From positions 1-64,000 of IMG/VR virus record IMGVR_UViG_3300029822_000003: a stretch of 64,000 nucleotides of DNA. One strand, given 5' to 3'. Positions 28,674 to 40,605 of the stretch are shown one piece after another; position 1 is the first letter of the stretch, and every line of letters begins with the position of its first letter. Source of the DNA: a virus. The notes beneath the pieces were generated by a model. That model searched no databases, was not told the DNA's origin, and saw only the letters and a program-made list of their open reading frames with translations. A program made the translations under genes and the position numbers.

Positions 28674-29354
28674 TTAAAAAAATCTATTATTTGGTGAAGA
28701 TGGCATTGTTATGGCTGTTTTAATATCTATTTTCTTTTTTAGTCTGGTTCTTAACATTCCAAAGCTGATATTATATTTCCTTGCCATCTGTGTTAGTGTC
28801 AAAGTTTCACCTTTATAAGTTACCAATACATTGCTTCTTCTGTTATTGGCTTGCACTCTTAACGTAGTCCATCTACAATTTGAAGGCTCATAATTACCAT
28901 TATTATTAATTCTATCTATGGTTAAGCCATCTTTATATCCATTTTTCATAGACCAATTATAAAAAATTATAAAATTGTTTTTCCATTCATCACATATAGT
29001 TATTCCTCTTCCACCGTAATCTTTGTAATGTTTATCTGATTTAGTAAGGCATCTTTTCTTTATTCCGTGCCACACATTAAACAATTTTGTTTGGGAAAGC
29101 CCGTGCTTTTTATGTACTTTGCTTGATATCTCTTTGGCGTAGCATCCGCAACTTTTTACCCCACCACTTTTAAGATTTTCACCACTTACAATATGCTTTT
29201 TCCCGCAATCGCATTTACATAACCACACAACTTGAGTTTTTCCACTTGGTAATTTTCTGCTTGGTAATTTTTCTTTTACAACCAGTCTCCCAAACCTTTT
29301 ACCTGTTAAGTCTTTTAAGGCGGTCATATTAATAAATTCCTTCTTTCTAAACAA
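28674..29354 (-). CDS. HNH homing-endonuclease-like protein
   Basis: DLTGKRFGRL, WLCKCDCG, SCGC, YGGRGI, TIDRINNNGNYEPSNCRW. Confidence 0.85.
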   Translation of the reverse strand: MFRKKEFINMTALKDLTGKRFGRLVVKEKLPSRKLPSGKTQVVWLCKCDCGKKHIVSGENLKSGGVKSCGCYAKEISSKVHKKHGLSQTKLFNVWHGIKKRCLTKSDKHYKDYGGRGITICDEWKNNFIIFYNWSMKNGYKDGLTIDRINNNGNYEPSNCRWTTLRVQANNRRSNVLVTYKGETLTLTQMARKYNISFGMLRTRLKKKIDIKTAITMPSSPNNRFF

Positions 29355-29853
29355 TTTTGTATGTTATTGAGTTCAAAAGTGTAGAACTATCAATTAGAGG
29401 ATGTGTGCCATTTTTACGAGATAGGGTAAACCAGTGATTAGGTGGAGAATAAGTATCTAATACAGTTTGTTTTGTAATATCAACTAACTTTTGCCCTAAT
29501 TCATTAAAGAAAATATTTATATCTATCTTAAAAGTGAGAAGCAAATTTAAGTTTGTTTCAAGTAAAGTAGATATTTCATTATCTTTCTCATTTGCAGTTT
29601 TACGTATAAAGCTTCTCTGCGGTATATGTATAGCTGTAGTGCTATCTTTAACGTGTAATCCGTTTGCATGGAGCCACGCTCTCATTTTAGGTGTTATATT
29701 AATGTTCATCCCGAATTCGGATACACCAGCGTACATGCATACAAAAGGTGTGTCTGTAAATATTCCAACTTCTATTTTTTTGCTTTTAAGTTCTTCCAAA
29801 ATATTTTCAAGCTTAGGCAAATTATTTTGTCGTATTATCTTTTTTACAGGCAT
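29347..29853 (-). CDS. Neck / virion morphogenesis protein
   Basis: VGI...YA...EFG, IPQRSFIR, PLIDS..L.NSITY. Confidence 0.75.
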   Translation of the reverse strand: MPVKKIIRQNNLPKLENILEELKSKKIEVGIFTDTPFVCMYAGVSEFGMNINITPKMRAWLHANGLHVKDSTTAIHIPQRSFIRKTANEKDNEISTLLETNLNLLLTFKIDINIFFNELGQKLVDITKQTVLDTYSPPNHWFTLSRKNGTHPLIDSSTLLNSITYKIV

Positions 29854-30455
29854 TAAAATCTCACATCCTTATACGATTTTATAATTTTCAGTTGGTCTTC
29901 CGAAAACTTAATTTCGCCCTTATATTCCATAGAAATGTCGTCTATTTTATAGCTCTTTAATAATGTTCCTTTGCTGTTGTCCATACTAAATAAATCACTT
30001 ATATACTGCATACATAACAGTTTTAATTCAAAAGGTACATCTGTATAACCTGCATTATATGTAACCCTTATATGTCGCCTTGGAAAGTCTACCTTATCAC
30101 TCATATATCTTATTGAATATCCTTCTAAGAGCCATCCATCATCTTTTATTAAAAAACCGCCATCTTCATTTAATTCATACTCATAATCATCCAAGGTTCT
30201 GTACACCTCGTTTTCATACACGTATTCCACCATATCCACGGTATTTACAGGATAATTATTTAAGACTAATTCTGGCATATTTGTTCCCTTGTACCTTTCT
30301 ACATAGTCTTTGGCGAATATATTTCTACCTATTTGTTTTTGTATCTGCTGGCTTATACCGCTTATATAAAGTGTTAAAATAGTATCTTTACTTGTATCCG
30401 TTATTCCCATAAAGTCTTTTAGCTCTTGTAATGTACATAAATCCATTGTTTTCAC
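29853..30455 (-). CDS. Head-tail adaptor
   Basis: TLQELKDFMGI...D..L, VTYNAGY..VP.EL. Confidence 0.8.
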   Translation of the reverse strand: MKTMDLCTLQELKDFMGITDTSKDTILTLYISGISQQIQKQIGRNIFAKDYVERYKGTNMPELVLNNYPVNTVDMVEYVYENEVYRTLDDYEYELNEDGGFLIKDDGWLLEGYSIRYMSDKVDFPRRHIRVTYNAGYTDVPFELKLLCMQYISDLFSMDNSKGTLLKSYKIDDISMEYKGEIKFSEDQLKIIKSYKDVRF

Positions 30456-30494
30456 CTCTTAATTTACATTTTAAGGTAAAAGAAAAAAGCTGGC

Positions 30495-30725
30495 TTATTT
30501 GCCAACTTTTGTATCTTTTTTTGGGGTTTCTTTGGTACTTTTTGTTTCTGCCGGTTCTACCACTTTAGTTTCAACGCTAACTTCAAACTTAGTTTCACCC
30601 TTTTTAACTAATAAATCTGCAAATTCCTTGTCGTTAACTGTTATTTTCTCACCTTTTATATAATGCTTTGTATGTATTCCATCCTCTGCTGCGTAAAAAC
30701 TTTTTTGTGCTATTAAACTAAACAT
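30495..30725 (-). CDS. Small head-associated protein
   Basis: GAGGTG RBS; position after the capsid genes. Confidence 0.55.
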   Translation of the reverse strand: MFSLIAQKSFYAAEDGIHTKHYIKGEKITVNDKEFADLLVKKGETKFEVSVETKVVEPAETKSTKETPKKDTKVGK

Positions 30726-30735
30726 TCAATCACCT

Positions 30736-31125
30736 CTAAACAGTTGGTTCTACTGAAGGATGAGAAAGAATTATGCTTGCACTTACAGGTGTACTTACAG
30801 TTCCAGTTACGGTTAATTTTATAGCTACATATTCTTTTACACCTCTATAACCTATCTTGTAGCTTCCTGCTGCTGTAATGTCAAACGAACCACTGCCTAA
30901 ATAATCCTCTGCTGCAACATCTGTTAAAGTTCCTGCCGTATCACCTTCAACCAAAGAAACAGTTAACTTATTGGACGTTGTTAGCCCTGCCCCAGCATTG
31001 ATTATTCCGGTAACACTTTCATATGTTGCTGTATCTACTGCTGTTCCTGTTGCTGTAGCTGAAAGGGTTTGCGCTGCTATGCATTGTCTAGCAGCTATCC
31101 CGTTAAATAAATCTTTCATTGCCAT
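30736..31125 (-). CDS. Probable capsid decoration protein
   Basis: A/T/G-rich beta protein directly after the capsid gene. Confidence 0.6.
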   Translation of the reverse strand: MAMKDLFNGIAARQCIAAQTLSATATGTAVDTATYESVTGIINAGAGLTTSNKLTVSLVEGDTAGTLTDVAAEDYLGSGSFDITAAGSYKIGYRGVKEYVAIKLTVTGTVSTPVSASIILSHPSVEPTV

Positions 31126-31138
31126 AATTAAGCACCTC

Positions 31139-32263
31139 CTATGCCTGTTTGAAAATCTTTAAAGCATCTGGCATTTCTATACCGCCGCCAACTTCTCTAG
31201 TTGTATAGAAAAGTATATTAGGCTTTTTGGTAAGTTCATCTCTAAGGGTATACATTCCAGCTCCATCAACGATTGTATATGCTTGTGCAAAATCTCCGAA
31301 AGCTATTGATAAAGCATTTGTACCAGGAGTTGGCATATCGGTTGCAAGATTATAATTATAGCCTAATATTGTGTTAGGTTTTCCAACTTGCGTAGAAGGT
31401 TCCCACAAATACCTCCCTTGATTATCTTTAAGTTTTCTTATATCTCTTAAAGTTAATCTGTTCAAAAGCCATGTAGCATTTGGAAGATATTCTTCGAGCA
31501 ACGATGCCTGTAAATCCATCAATCCATCAAAGCTAAAAGCTTCATTTACTACGCCAATCCCTTGTGTGGTTGGATTGGACAAGAATCCTAGTGGCTTATT
31601 CACACCGTCACCAGTTACAAACGCTGTAGCTTCTTGCCTTGCAAATTTATTCGCAACTTTCCTATTTATATAAGCTTCCCAGTCAAAATTACTATCTATC
31701 ATTAATTTTCGAGTAAGTGCTGGCTGTGCATATTGTTCGTGCAATGGAATTTTAACCATCTGTAAAGTGCCATTATCAGTTACGGTTCTTTCAGCTCTTT
31801 CACCTATCCATCCAGAATCAAAATCATCTGTATTTTCTCTTGGTACTTTATACTCTCCGGCACTGGAAATTGTTACTATGTTAGCTATCTGCCTGATAGG
31901 TGACATCTGTCTTACTCTCTCTACTATTTTGTTTGCCATTATGCTAGGAACCATATATCCGCCATCAGGATTACTGTCAGTAGCCATCTGCTTTTTTTCA
32001 AGATGCTCGTCAACTATTCCTTTTCTAGCGTATATATCAAAAGCGGTCTTGTACTCCATTTCTTCTTTAGATAGTTGTTTACCTTCTATCATATTTGGAG
32101 TAGTGTCTGGTCTTTGCATTTTGACTTCTAAATCATCAAGCCTAGTTTGAAGCTTTTCTATGGTTTCTGGATTGGCGTTTTTCTTTTCCATTTCATCTTT
32201 TAAGGCTTTGTAATTTTTGTTTATTTCTTCTATCATTTCAAGGGGAGTTTTTTGTTCTGCCAT
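31139..32263 (-). CDS. Major capsid protein (HK97 fold)
   Basis: Coiled-coil delta domain; DGGYMVP, GDGVNKPLG, KLKDNQGRYLW, IAFGDF. Confidence 0.95.
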   Translation of the reverse strand: MAEQKTPLEMIEEINKNYKALKDEMEKKNANPETIEKLQTRLDDLEVKMQRPDTTPNMIEGKQLSKEEMEYKTAFDIYARKGIVDEHLEKKQMATDSNPDGGYMVPSIMANKIVERVRQMSPIRQIANIVTISSAGEYKVPRENTDDFDSGWIGERAERTVTDNGTLQMVKIPLHEQYAQPALTRKLMIDSNFDWEAYINRKVANKFARQEATAFVTGDGVNKPLGFLSNPTTQGIGVVNEAFSFDGLMDLQASLLEEYLPNATWLLNRLTLRDIRKLKDNQGRYLWEPSTQVGKPNTILGYNYNLATDMPTPGTNALSIAFGDFAQAYTIVDGAGMYTLRDELTKKPNILFYTTREVGGGIEMPDALKIFKQA

Positions 32264-33799
32264 TTATATCACATCCTTATTTTCATTTATAGTGTTGCAA
32301 AGTGCTTCAAGTGCCTTAATTTCTTCACTCTTTAGTTCCAGTGTACCATTATTTGATTTCTTTTGCATATCTTCAATATTTTGGAATTTATTGTCATAGT
32401 TTTGAGCACTTTTTATTGGTTCTTTGCCACCACAAGCTTTCCCATCTTCTTCGGTATTATCTTCTGAATCTTCATCATCACATAAAGCCGCTAATACTGC
32501 TATTGCATCTGATAAAGCATCCTTACACCTGGTCATTTGTTCTTTATTTGCTTTGCTTATCTTTTTGCCTGCTTTCCTTTCCATATATGATGATTTAGTC
32601 TCAAATTCATAATTTAAAGCTTTCTGTGACATTGCCATAATTAATCCTGCCATAACCTGCTTATACATCATCGAAAAAGAATCTATAGTGTTATTAGTTG
32701 CTGTTATTTTATCTTCTACGGTCATTTCTTCATCTTGTACTATAGAATCTAAAGACTGATCTAAAGCACTTTCAGCATCCCACCTAGCTTCTCTGTTTTG
32801 CCTTGTCTGATACACTGCATTAAAATCTAATGCTTTTATATCTAATTTATTAGGGTTAGATTTTTTATTCTTATCAGTAGTATCTGTATTGCTATTATCT
32901 GAATTATCAGATTTAATTTGGTCGTCTGTTATTTCGTCGAATTCAAGTTTTTTAAGATAAACATTAATTTTCTTAGCAACTTTCTTTTTATCTTCATCAG
33001 ATATATCTACAGGATTTCTAGCACCTCTTATCGCATTTGCGGCCGCTTTTATACCGTTTGGTATAGCTGTTAGTTTATCATCAACTATATCTGCAAATCC
33101 TAGTTTATAGCTTCCTTTTTCGTTTGGTTTAGTTGTGTCTACCCAAAAGAAAGCTTTTTTTGCTTCTGCTGAAATATTTCCTTTATCGTCTGTATATTTA
33201 TCAAATACGTTTTTTGATGCCACGGAGCCATCCCATTTAACCGCTTTGTCAGCTATAGGCAATGTAGTAGAACCACTAGCACCTTTATTCTCAATTGTCA
33301 AATTATCACCTCCAGAATTATTTTGAGATTTAACACTTGATACAGTAGCAGCTTCATTCATAGGAAAGGTAACAAGGCTTACCTCCATAATTTCAATCGA
33401 CTTTAAGTTTCTTATTGTCTGTCCATTTTCAGTAACATATTCAAAATCAAGTGTTTTATACCCTATAGAAAGTTTTAATAGTCCCTTTTTTAACAATGCA
33501 TATGCCGTGGCTGCTAAAGGTACCATATATTGGCCATCTGAATTTTTGTCTAATATTAATTGGCCTGTTGTTTGAACTCCTGCTTGGGTATCCAACAATG
33601 TTTGGTTGCCTAAAACTTTAGTTATGTCATGTTGATAGAGTATAGGCACTTGTTTACCATTGTTTATTGGCCCAATTGAAGGTAAAACACGGTCATTTCC
33701 ATCATCTATATTGTTATAAGGACTTGCTAAACCAACAAATACACCTTGGTCGTTTATTTCTTTTATTTCTAAAGGTATACTTTTATATTCTAATGCCAA
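32264..33799 (-). CDS. HK97-type prohead protease with C-terminal extra domains
   Basis: G.F.G.AS.YN..D, LYQHD, LSIGY, EVSLVTFPMN in the first ~155 aa; 511 aa in total. Confidence 0.9.
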   Translation of the reverse strand: MALEYKSIPLEIKEINDQGVFVGLASPYNNIDDGNDRVLPSIGPINNGKQVPILYQHDITKVLGNQTLLDTQAGVQTTGQLILDKNSDGQYMVPLAATAYALLKKGLLKLSIGYKTLDFEYVTENGQTIRNLKSIEIMEVSLVTFPMNEAATVSSVKSQNNSGGDNLTIENKGASGSTTLPIADKAVKWDGSVASKNVFDKYTDDKGNISAEAKKAFFWVDTTKPNEKGSYKLGFADIVDDKLTAIPNGIKAAANAIRGARNPVDISDEDKKKVAKKINVYLKKLEFDEITDDQIKSDNSDNSNTDTTDKNKKSNPNKLDIKALDFNAVYQTRQNREARWDAESALDQSLDSIVQDEEMTVEDKITATNNTIDSFSMMYKQVMAGLIMAMSQKALNYEFETKSSYMERKAGKKISKANKEQMTRCKDALSDAIAVLAALCDDEDSEDNTEEDGKACGGKEPIKSAQNYDNKFQNIEDMQKKSNNGTLELKSEEIKALEALCNTINENKDVI

Positions 33800-33873
33800 T
33801 TTCTCACCTTCTCTCGTACTGCCTTAACATTACCATAATTTGATAATTTACGCTTAAATAGCTATATTTTTGG

Positions 33874-34959
33874 TTACAATAAAATGCTTCTAGTTGTGCC
33901 TATAGTCCCGTAAAAATGTGTACCATCAAATTCTATTAAGCCGTTGCTTTGCCCTGAAGCAATCTGCTCGTTAGGTACTAAAGCTGATGCTCTTAATTTT
34001 AAGCTACTCATAGGCAAAGTAATTGAGCCTAAGCCACCATTTAATGTAGATGCTCCACCTACTCCCGTTGAAGTATATAACAATGCTACATCCACTAATA
34101 CTCCCGCTCCTGTAAATGCTGGTGAAGCTGTGGTTGTTATAGTATCATTTATAACCGTTACTGTTCCTGTTGAATTTGTAACCAATACCGGGATAGAAGC
34201 TGTAACCATAGATACCATTCCAATTGTCGCGCTTGCTGAACCTGCTACAGTTACTTGGCCTATTATTTGGTCACTTGTGTGTGTAAATGATACCGAACCA
34301 CCAAGGGCTATACATACATTATTCGGATTGTCTAGTTTAAAAGAAACTCTATTGGCTATAAGCGACCCTTTTGCCGTTGATGCAGTATATACACATCTTG
34401 CCGAACTTCCAGACGTAGAAACATTACAAGTACCATCTTCAAAGTAAATTTTTGAACTAGTATTTGTGTTAGTCCAATTTATAGCATCACCGCTAGTTGA
34501 ATTTACACTTGAACCTAAGAATTGGAGGTTTTGCGCCCCTGTTCCACTAAATGAAAGCGTGTTCCCTGTACTTGAATTTAATACTACATTGTCAAATATA
34601 ATTGTTCCTGTAAAGTTAGCTATATGATTTCCTATAATATAAACTCCGAACTTAACAGGACTTGTAATGTTTACTCCTGCTTTTAAAGTTAAATTCTCCG
34701 TATAAGTACCAGGGAAAGGAAATATAGTAGTTCCAGAAGTTGCTGTATCTATTGCTTTTTGTATTGTTAAAAAAGGAAAATTCGCACTACCATCTCCTGT
34801 AGTATCGTTTCCACCTTTACTTGTATATAAATAATTGGTGGGCTTTACTACTCCGGCTCCTGCTACAATATCGGACCATAAATCTGCCAAATTAACCACT
34901 TCCCCATTTTCTCTTAACATTCTTCCAGAGCTTGGTGTATAACTATCAATATCAGACAT
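33874..34959 (-). CDS. Beta-helix (pectin-lyase-like) protein
   Basis: GNDTTGDGS..PFLTIQKAID....G......PGTY.E start; S/T/G/N-rich repeats. Confidence 0.7.
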   Translation of the reverse strand: MSDIDSYTPSSGRMLRENGEVVNLADLWSDIVAGAGVVKPTNYLYTSKGGNDTTGDGSANFPFLTIQKAIDTATSGTTIFPFPGTYTENLTLKAGVNITSPVKFGVYIIGNHIANFTGTIIFDNVVLNSSTGNTLSFSGTGAQNLQFLGSSVNSTSGDAINWTNTNTSSKIYFEDGTCNVSTSGSSARCVYTASTAKGSLIANRVSFKLDNPNNVCIALGGSVSFTHTSDQIIGQVTVAGSASATIGMVSMVTASIPVLVTNSTGTVTVINDTITTTASPAFTGAGVLVDVALLYTSTGVGGASTLNGGLGSITLPMSSLKLRASALVPNEQIASGQSNGLIEFDGTHFYGTIGTTRSILL

Positions 34960-35183
34960 ATAACCACCTCCAAATTAAAAAACACTATATATAAATTTTA
35001 TATATTTCCTTTATTTTACATTAAAATAGAAAATCTCGCACAGTTTGGCTTATTTGTTAATTCTATTGGATTTAAATATAAAAAATAGTCCTATATAATT
35101 ACAGGACTATAAATTTTAATATGTTTATGTAGTTATTTTAAAATACGTGTTTTACATCTAAGCCAATACATCTTAAAGAACTC

Positions 35184-35426
35184 TTACCTAACTCCTTTAG
35201 CTTCAGTAACTGTAGCATCTTCAAACTGAATCTTATTTCTAAGATTTCTTAGCAGTGTATTTTTAGCTGTATAGAACGTGTATTCTCCTGCATAACCTGT
35301 AACCCAATCCAGCGCTGTTTCTGTAGTACCTCGTTTCATTATCAAGTAGAATCTTTCATGTTTATCTGACCATAATTTCTTTCTTATGATAAATTCTGTT
35401 TTTACTTCTCCATTTGATTTTTTCAA
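35184..35426 (-). CDS. Hypothetical protein
   Basis: ORF with RBS in co-directional cluster. Confidence 0.5.
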   Translation of the reverse strand: MKKSNGEVKTEFIIRKKLWSDKHERFYLIMKRGTTETALDWVTGYAGEYTFYTAKNTLLRNLRNKIQFEDATVTEAKGVR

Positions 35427-35554
35427 ATTAATCCCTACTTTCTTTTTTATTTATTATTTGTTGGCTTTGATACTCTTTGATTTTGTGCCACAAGTTTGAA
35501 AGCTGTGTAGCTTCTTCAGCACTAAGAGCCATAAGTGCATCTTCACTACTAAAT

Positions 35555-36862
35555 TTATATATTTTGCTCATTATCTTTCTCCTTATTAAATTCCGTTTCA
35601 TAATGTATATCTTCCATTAAATAATTAAAAGTCTTATTGGGTCCAAACCCAAAGAGCTGGCAAAAATCTTTTTCTGAACAGTTTAGAAAATCTTTTATAC
35701 TCATATTGCAAATGCTTCTTCTACATTCTACTAGCTTTTTATAATCTTCTGCACGTCTAGGAGCACTATTATTGCCACCTTTTTGTATTTCTTCATGCAA
35801 TTCATTTAATTTAAGAGTTAGATATTTAAAGAATTTCTTCCTTAATTCCTCGGCTTTTTCTTCCATAATCATATCTATCATACAATCTTTTATAGTACGT
35901 TCATTTTGCTTTAATGTTGCGGTTACGTTTTCTACAGGGTCAAACATATTTTTTATATTTTTAGCTATACATTCTCTTGCTTTTTCAGCATCATCTTTAG
36001 AACTACAAGTGACGCTTACATTAATATCTGCCTTACCGCTACTATTTGCCTCAATTTTTGCATTGTTTAATTTATTGAACGAATTCTGCATCTCTTGTAA
36101 TTTTGACCCAATTTCATCTAGTAGTTTTATACCTTTTTCAAAATCAATATTTAGTTTGGCCGTTAATCCTGCCCCTAACTTTGCATTTTCTATGGGGTCA
36201 AATATATCTTTAGCTATAGTTCTTTCGTCAAGCTCTACAGTACCGCTTTCTGTTATATTGCTATGCTGTTTACCATCTATGAGTTTAAAACAACTTTCAA
36301 ATATCTCTTCTGGTAGTACATATATGTCGTTCTTTTCTCTTATTATGTAATCATTTGGATGTACTGGTATTTTTACATCATTTTCGTCACTGCCTTTAAG
36401 TGCTATTTCAGTAACAGTATGTAATATACTAATATTTCTTATTAAACCTTCTCCTAATTTAAGTGCATCGTCACTATCTCTCAAATCTTCATAGGTTGAA
36501 ACGTCTATATTTTTTAATGCTGAAACTACATTTCCGTTAGCCTTATTGACGTAGTACTTTATTTTATTTTTCATAGTATCATTTTCCTCCTCAATTAATT
36601 CAAAATATTTATCAAATTCTTTTCTAGGTACTTTATATACACATCTGTATCCTTTTACGAGGTAATCTCCTTCTAAACAATATATATTTTCTCTTTCTGC
36701 TTCAATTACAAAGAGATAAGATTCGTTAAGGTTAAATCCTCTAGTCTCAACACTATGTATCAATCCCGACCCAAACTTCATTATATCCATTGTTGTATTA
36801 ACTTTGGCGGTAATTTGCATAGCTTCTACTATAACACCAGTATCTTTATTTCTATATTTCAT
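35555..36862 (-). CDS. Hypothetical protein with two N-terminal PGDYG-like repeats
   Basis: KYRNK..VEAMQ...GDYLVKG...F.KYFE and a second PNDYII...IFESCF repeat. Confidence 0.65.
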   Translation of the reverse strand: MKYRNKDTGVIVEAMQITAKVNTTMDIMKFGSGLIHSVETRGFNLNESYLFVIEAERENIYCLEGDYLVKGYRCVYKVPRKEFDKYFELIEEENDTMKNKIKYYVNKANGNVVSALKNIDVSTYEDLRDSDDALKLGEGLIRNISILHTVTEIALKGSDENDVKIPVHPNDYIIREKNDIYVLPEEIFESCFKLIDGKQHSNITESGTVELDERTIAKDIFDPIENAKLGAGLTAKLNIDFEKGIKLLDEIGSKLQEMQNSFNKLNNAKIEANSSGKADINVSVTCSSKDDAEKARECIAKNIKNMFDPVENVTATLKQNERTIKDCMIDMIMEEKAEELRKKFFKYLTLKLNELHEEIQKGGNNSAPRRAEDYKKLVECRRSICNMSIKDFLNCSEKDFCQLFGFGPNKTFNYLMEDIHYETEFNKEKDNEQNI

Positions 36863-39800
36863 TATTTGTCCTCCATATATTCTACAAAAGTAACCGCTGT
36901 ACTTTCTACGCTACCTATCAGTTCATCATCATCTGAAAGTAATATATATCTGTATACTTTTCCAGTTACGTCACAATTAGGCAATATCTTTCGTATTATA
37001 TTAGTCCTGCCAAAATATTCACCGCATCCAAGACGTTTCCCATCTATAGTTCTTATACTTTTTATTTCTAACTTGTTTATATCTATTCCACTAGAATATT
37101 TCATTTAATCCCTGCTTTCTTTTTCTAATTCATTTATATTTTCTTTTAGATATTTAGAAACTTTTTGATAACCTTCTGTATTATCTTCCTCACTAAATCC
37201 TCTGAATTTTGTTCTCGCTGGATAAGCATCAGTTATTGTTCCATCTTCTTCAATTTCTACAACTAGAGTCCATCCAAACAAATGTAAAATAGTATTTGTA
37301 AACCATAGTAACCCTGTTTTCCTAAACTCTTGCCATTCTTTCTTATATATCATTTTATTATTTTCCATTTATTTATCTTCCTTTCTAGGCAACTCGTTCC
37401 CCATTCTAATAATTCAACTGCCGTCTGATTAATAGCTTTAAATAGGCTTGTTCCATGTTCTCTAAATATCTTTCTAAACAACTTGCCCTCGTCTTTAAAT
37501 CCTTTAGGTACTGTAGGCGGTTTATTTGCAAACATTATGTAACAGTTTGGATTGTTTTGGTATGAATGACCAGAACATGAATATTTTGTTTTATATCCTT
37601 TCTGGTTAAGTTTTACAATCGTTGGTACTAATAGTTCATCTATCCAAACAACTTCCCCTCCGCATCCAATATGAGGGCACGGATGGTAATAACCCATTTT
37701 GTCTGTATATTTAATTGTTTCTGATTTTTTAACTGTGCTTTCTTCTATAACTTTGTAACATTTTAAACATAAATATGGCATATAAACTCCTATCTCCACG
37801 AAATTATTATCATATCTTTATTCTCATTTATAATATTAAAATTTGATTTCAATTCTTTAATAAGTTCTGGAAACATATGGTCTTTCTCTAAATATACTTC
37901 TGACCATTGATTCGATACTGCATTTTTGATTTTGCTGTTTACATAATCAATACAAGATTCTTTCCATTGTGTATTGATATTTTCTTTTGTGATAAGTTCT
38001 GTACCTCCGATTCGCATTTTTATTTCTCCCCCTTTTATTTTTGATGCACTTTGTACTCCTTTTTCAAAAGCTTCACCCGGATTATATCTTTCATATATTT
38101 CGCTTATTTGTCCACTAGGGCTATGCATCCTTTTAATTCTTTCTATAAATTCAGCATCAGTTTCATCATGTTTTTTTAATATTTTGGGTATACTTAATTT
38201 ATCTAGCATTTTTAGTCCCCCTTATTTAAATTTGCTCTAATTGTTTTTTTAAATTTGTTAAATGTTCTCTTAAAACGTCTAAAACTTTGTCTTTCATTTC
38301 TGTATTTAGGTTATATTCTGCTGAATCTATACCACCATAGCCATTAGATTTAAAAATATATTTTGTATCTCTTTTTATTATTTTCCCTGTCCATACCATT
38401 CCAGCAGTACGTATAAAACTTTCTAATTCTCTTATTTCTTTTTTAAGGCTGTTGGCTTTTTCTAAATCTTTATCAGTCATTTAATTTATCCCTTTCATAT
38501 TTATTTTTTAGGATTGCCGCCATCTTTTACTATTCTAGTTGGTGGCGGCTTCGGTAACATTATTTCTAAATTGCTATTGTTTCTATATCTGCATCTGTTT
38601 GGGTCTATCGGAATGCCATCACCGGCTTTTGCGTATGTCTCAATCTGTTCTTTAGTTTTAGCACATTCCATACATACATGAAATATCCCCCTAGTATTGC
38701 TTTCTATTTGCCACATATCTTCTTTTTTAAGTTCATTCTTGCACATAAAGCATTTATGCCAGAAAAATCTAGGGTGTATCTTCTTTATTTTATAATTCTT
38801 AGGTTCTCTTTTCATTTACTTATTTTCCTTTTCTCTCATTTTTACTTCTAAAATAAATCCCTGTATCAACGTAGCAATGCAATAACACGCTATTGAAAGG
38901 TTTATATTATTGGTTGCCATATCGTAAATTCCCATTCCAGTTGAAACATAGCACGCTATATTAAGTATAATTATGCAACGCTTTTCAAAAGCTTTAAGTT
39001 TCATAAAACCACATCACCTCTTTTCTGCATCTACAGCTAAGCAATAAGTTATGCTAGTTGCTAAAAACATTAATATTACACCTACAATATTTAAATTATA
39101 GAAGCAGTTAATGCCACCAAATCCATATAAGATGCCAATTATAAAAGTCTTTATCATTGGCTTAAAGTGTTTTATCAATATAAGTGTCTCCTTCTTTTTA
39201 TTGTTCGTATTTTTACCATTTTAGTTAAAACTTATTTGTATTGCCATATATAGAAAATACCACTTTTAGTTAAAATTTACGAACATTATTTGAATTATAT
39301 AATATATTATTCGTATTAATTAAATTCTCTTGCTGTTAGTATGTGATTATGCATAGTATGGAAAATACTAATATAGGCAGGAAAACTACTAAATTTACTA
39401 TTCGTTGTTGCTCTGAATATGTTTCGTTGAACATTGCATTTATAGACATGACCATAGAAATTATTCCTGTGTAAAATGCTAAAATTATCATTTGTTTAAC
39501 ATCCTAAACAATATTTAAATAGCCTAAGAAGAATATAAGTATAGGCAAAGAAAGTGCTATACATATAAACCTCACAAGACCTTTATTTTCACTATTCATT
39601 ATAGTAAGAGCTATACCTATAACCGTATAAATCAATCCGTATATTGCTAAATATTTCATTTTTTTACCTCCAATCCAAGTTCATTTGCTATTTCTACTAA
39701 ATCATTTCCTGTGATGTTGGGGCAAATCTCGCCAAAGCAATGTATTGTTATGTTTGCAAACCAGTCTTTTAATTCTCGTTTGCTGATTCCTTTATGTATT

Positions 39801-40111
39801 TCTCCAAGAGAAAATCCTCTTGACAATTCATTTATTACTTGCCTTTTTTCTTTCTGTGTATATTCAATCTCTTCCATATAAAAATCGTTGAAATCTATAT
39901 CTTTACTTTGTTCTTTACAATCGTCACATACTTTGCTTGCTTCTTTTGAATCTTGTTCTGGTAATTTATTATTAGAAGGAGTTGTAAAACTATTGACTTG
40001 ATTAAAAAACGTTAATTGTATATAGTTATCATTATTTTTCTTTAGTTTATAAGATGCTTTGTCTAAATTTCGGCTGTTGTTTTTTTTACTCATCTTGTCA
40101 CCTATTACCAT
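36862..40111 (-). other. Cluster of small co-directional hypothetical genes (36862-37104, 37105-37368, 37350-37799, 37790-38209, 38226-38480, 38501-38815, 38816-39004, 39656-40111, plus short hydrophobic ORFs)
   Basis: Abutting or overlapping ORFs with SD sequences; several have CxxC pairs. Confidence 0.65.
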
Positions 40112-40381
40112 CTAGTGCTTTTATCTTGTGTAAATAATTCAACTAGAAAGCAGTTTCCTAAATCATGCACTGCCTTAATTGTTTTTTCTCTTTTTTGTTT
40201 TGCTAATTCAAGGGCGAGTTCCATTTGTTCATCTAGGCTAAAATAAGGTATACCCTCTATTCTTCTCACTTCCTACCACCACCATTTCCGTTATTTTTCC
40301 AGCAAAACAATGTTATTGTAATGGTGATAACTGCTAAAAATCCTAAAATTTTATCTTGCATAATTTCATCACCTATGATAT

Positions 40382-40424
40382 ATTATACTCTGTAGAAATG
40401 AGTAAATCAAGTTAATATCGAGCA
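40382..40424 (-). promoter_or_regulatory. sigmaA promoter with ATATCGAGCA operator
   Basis: TTGATT-17-TATAAT; operator at 40415-40424. Confidence 0.65.
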
Positions 40425-40474
40425 TTTTGATTTAAATTTATGCAATAAAAAAGACTAGAAAATAACCTAGTCTT

Positions 40475-40583
40475 GATTTACATATTAAATATTATGTGAA
40501 TATGATTTTTGTAAACCTGCCCCGCACAACGTTTTTAGAGGGTTACATTGTTTTAAATTAGCATAATATTAATTATGTTCACT
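40475..40583. other. Pair of dif-like 11-6-11 sites
   Basis: GATTTACATAT-TAAATA-TTATGTGAATA (40475) and AATTAGCATAA-TATTAA-TTATGTTCACT (40556). Confidence 0.5.
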
Positions 40584-40605
40584 TATGAATATTGCTCAAT
40601 ATACC

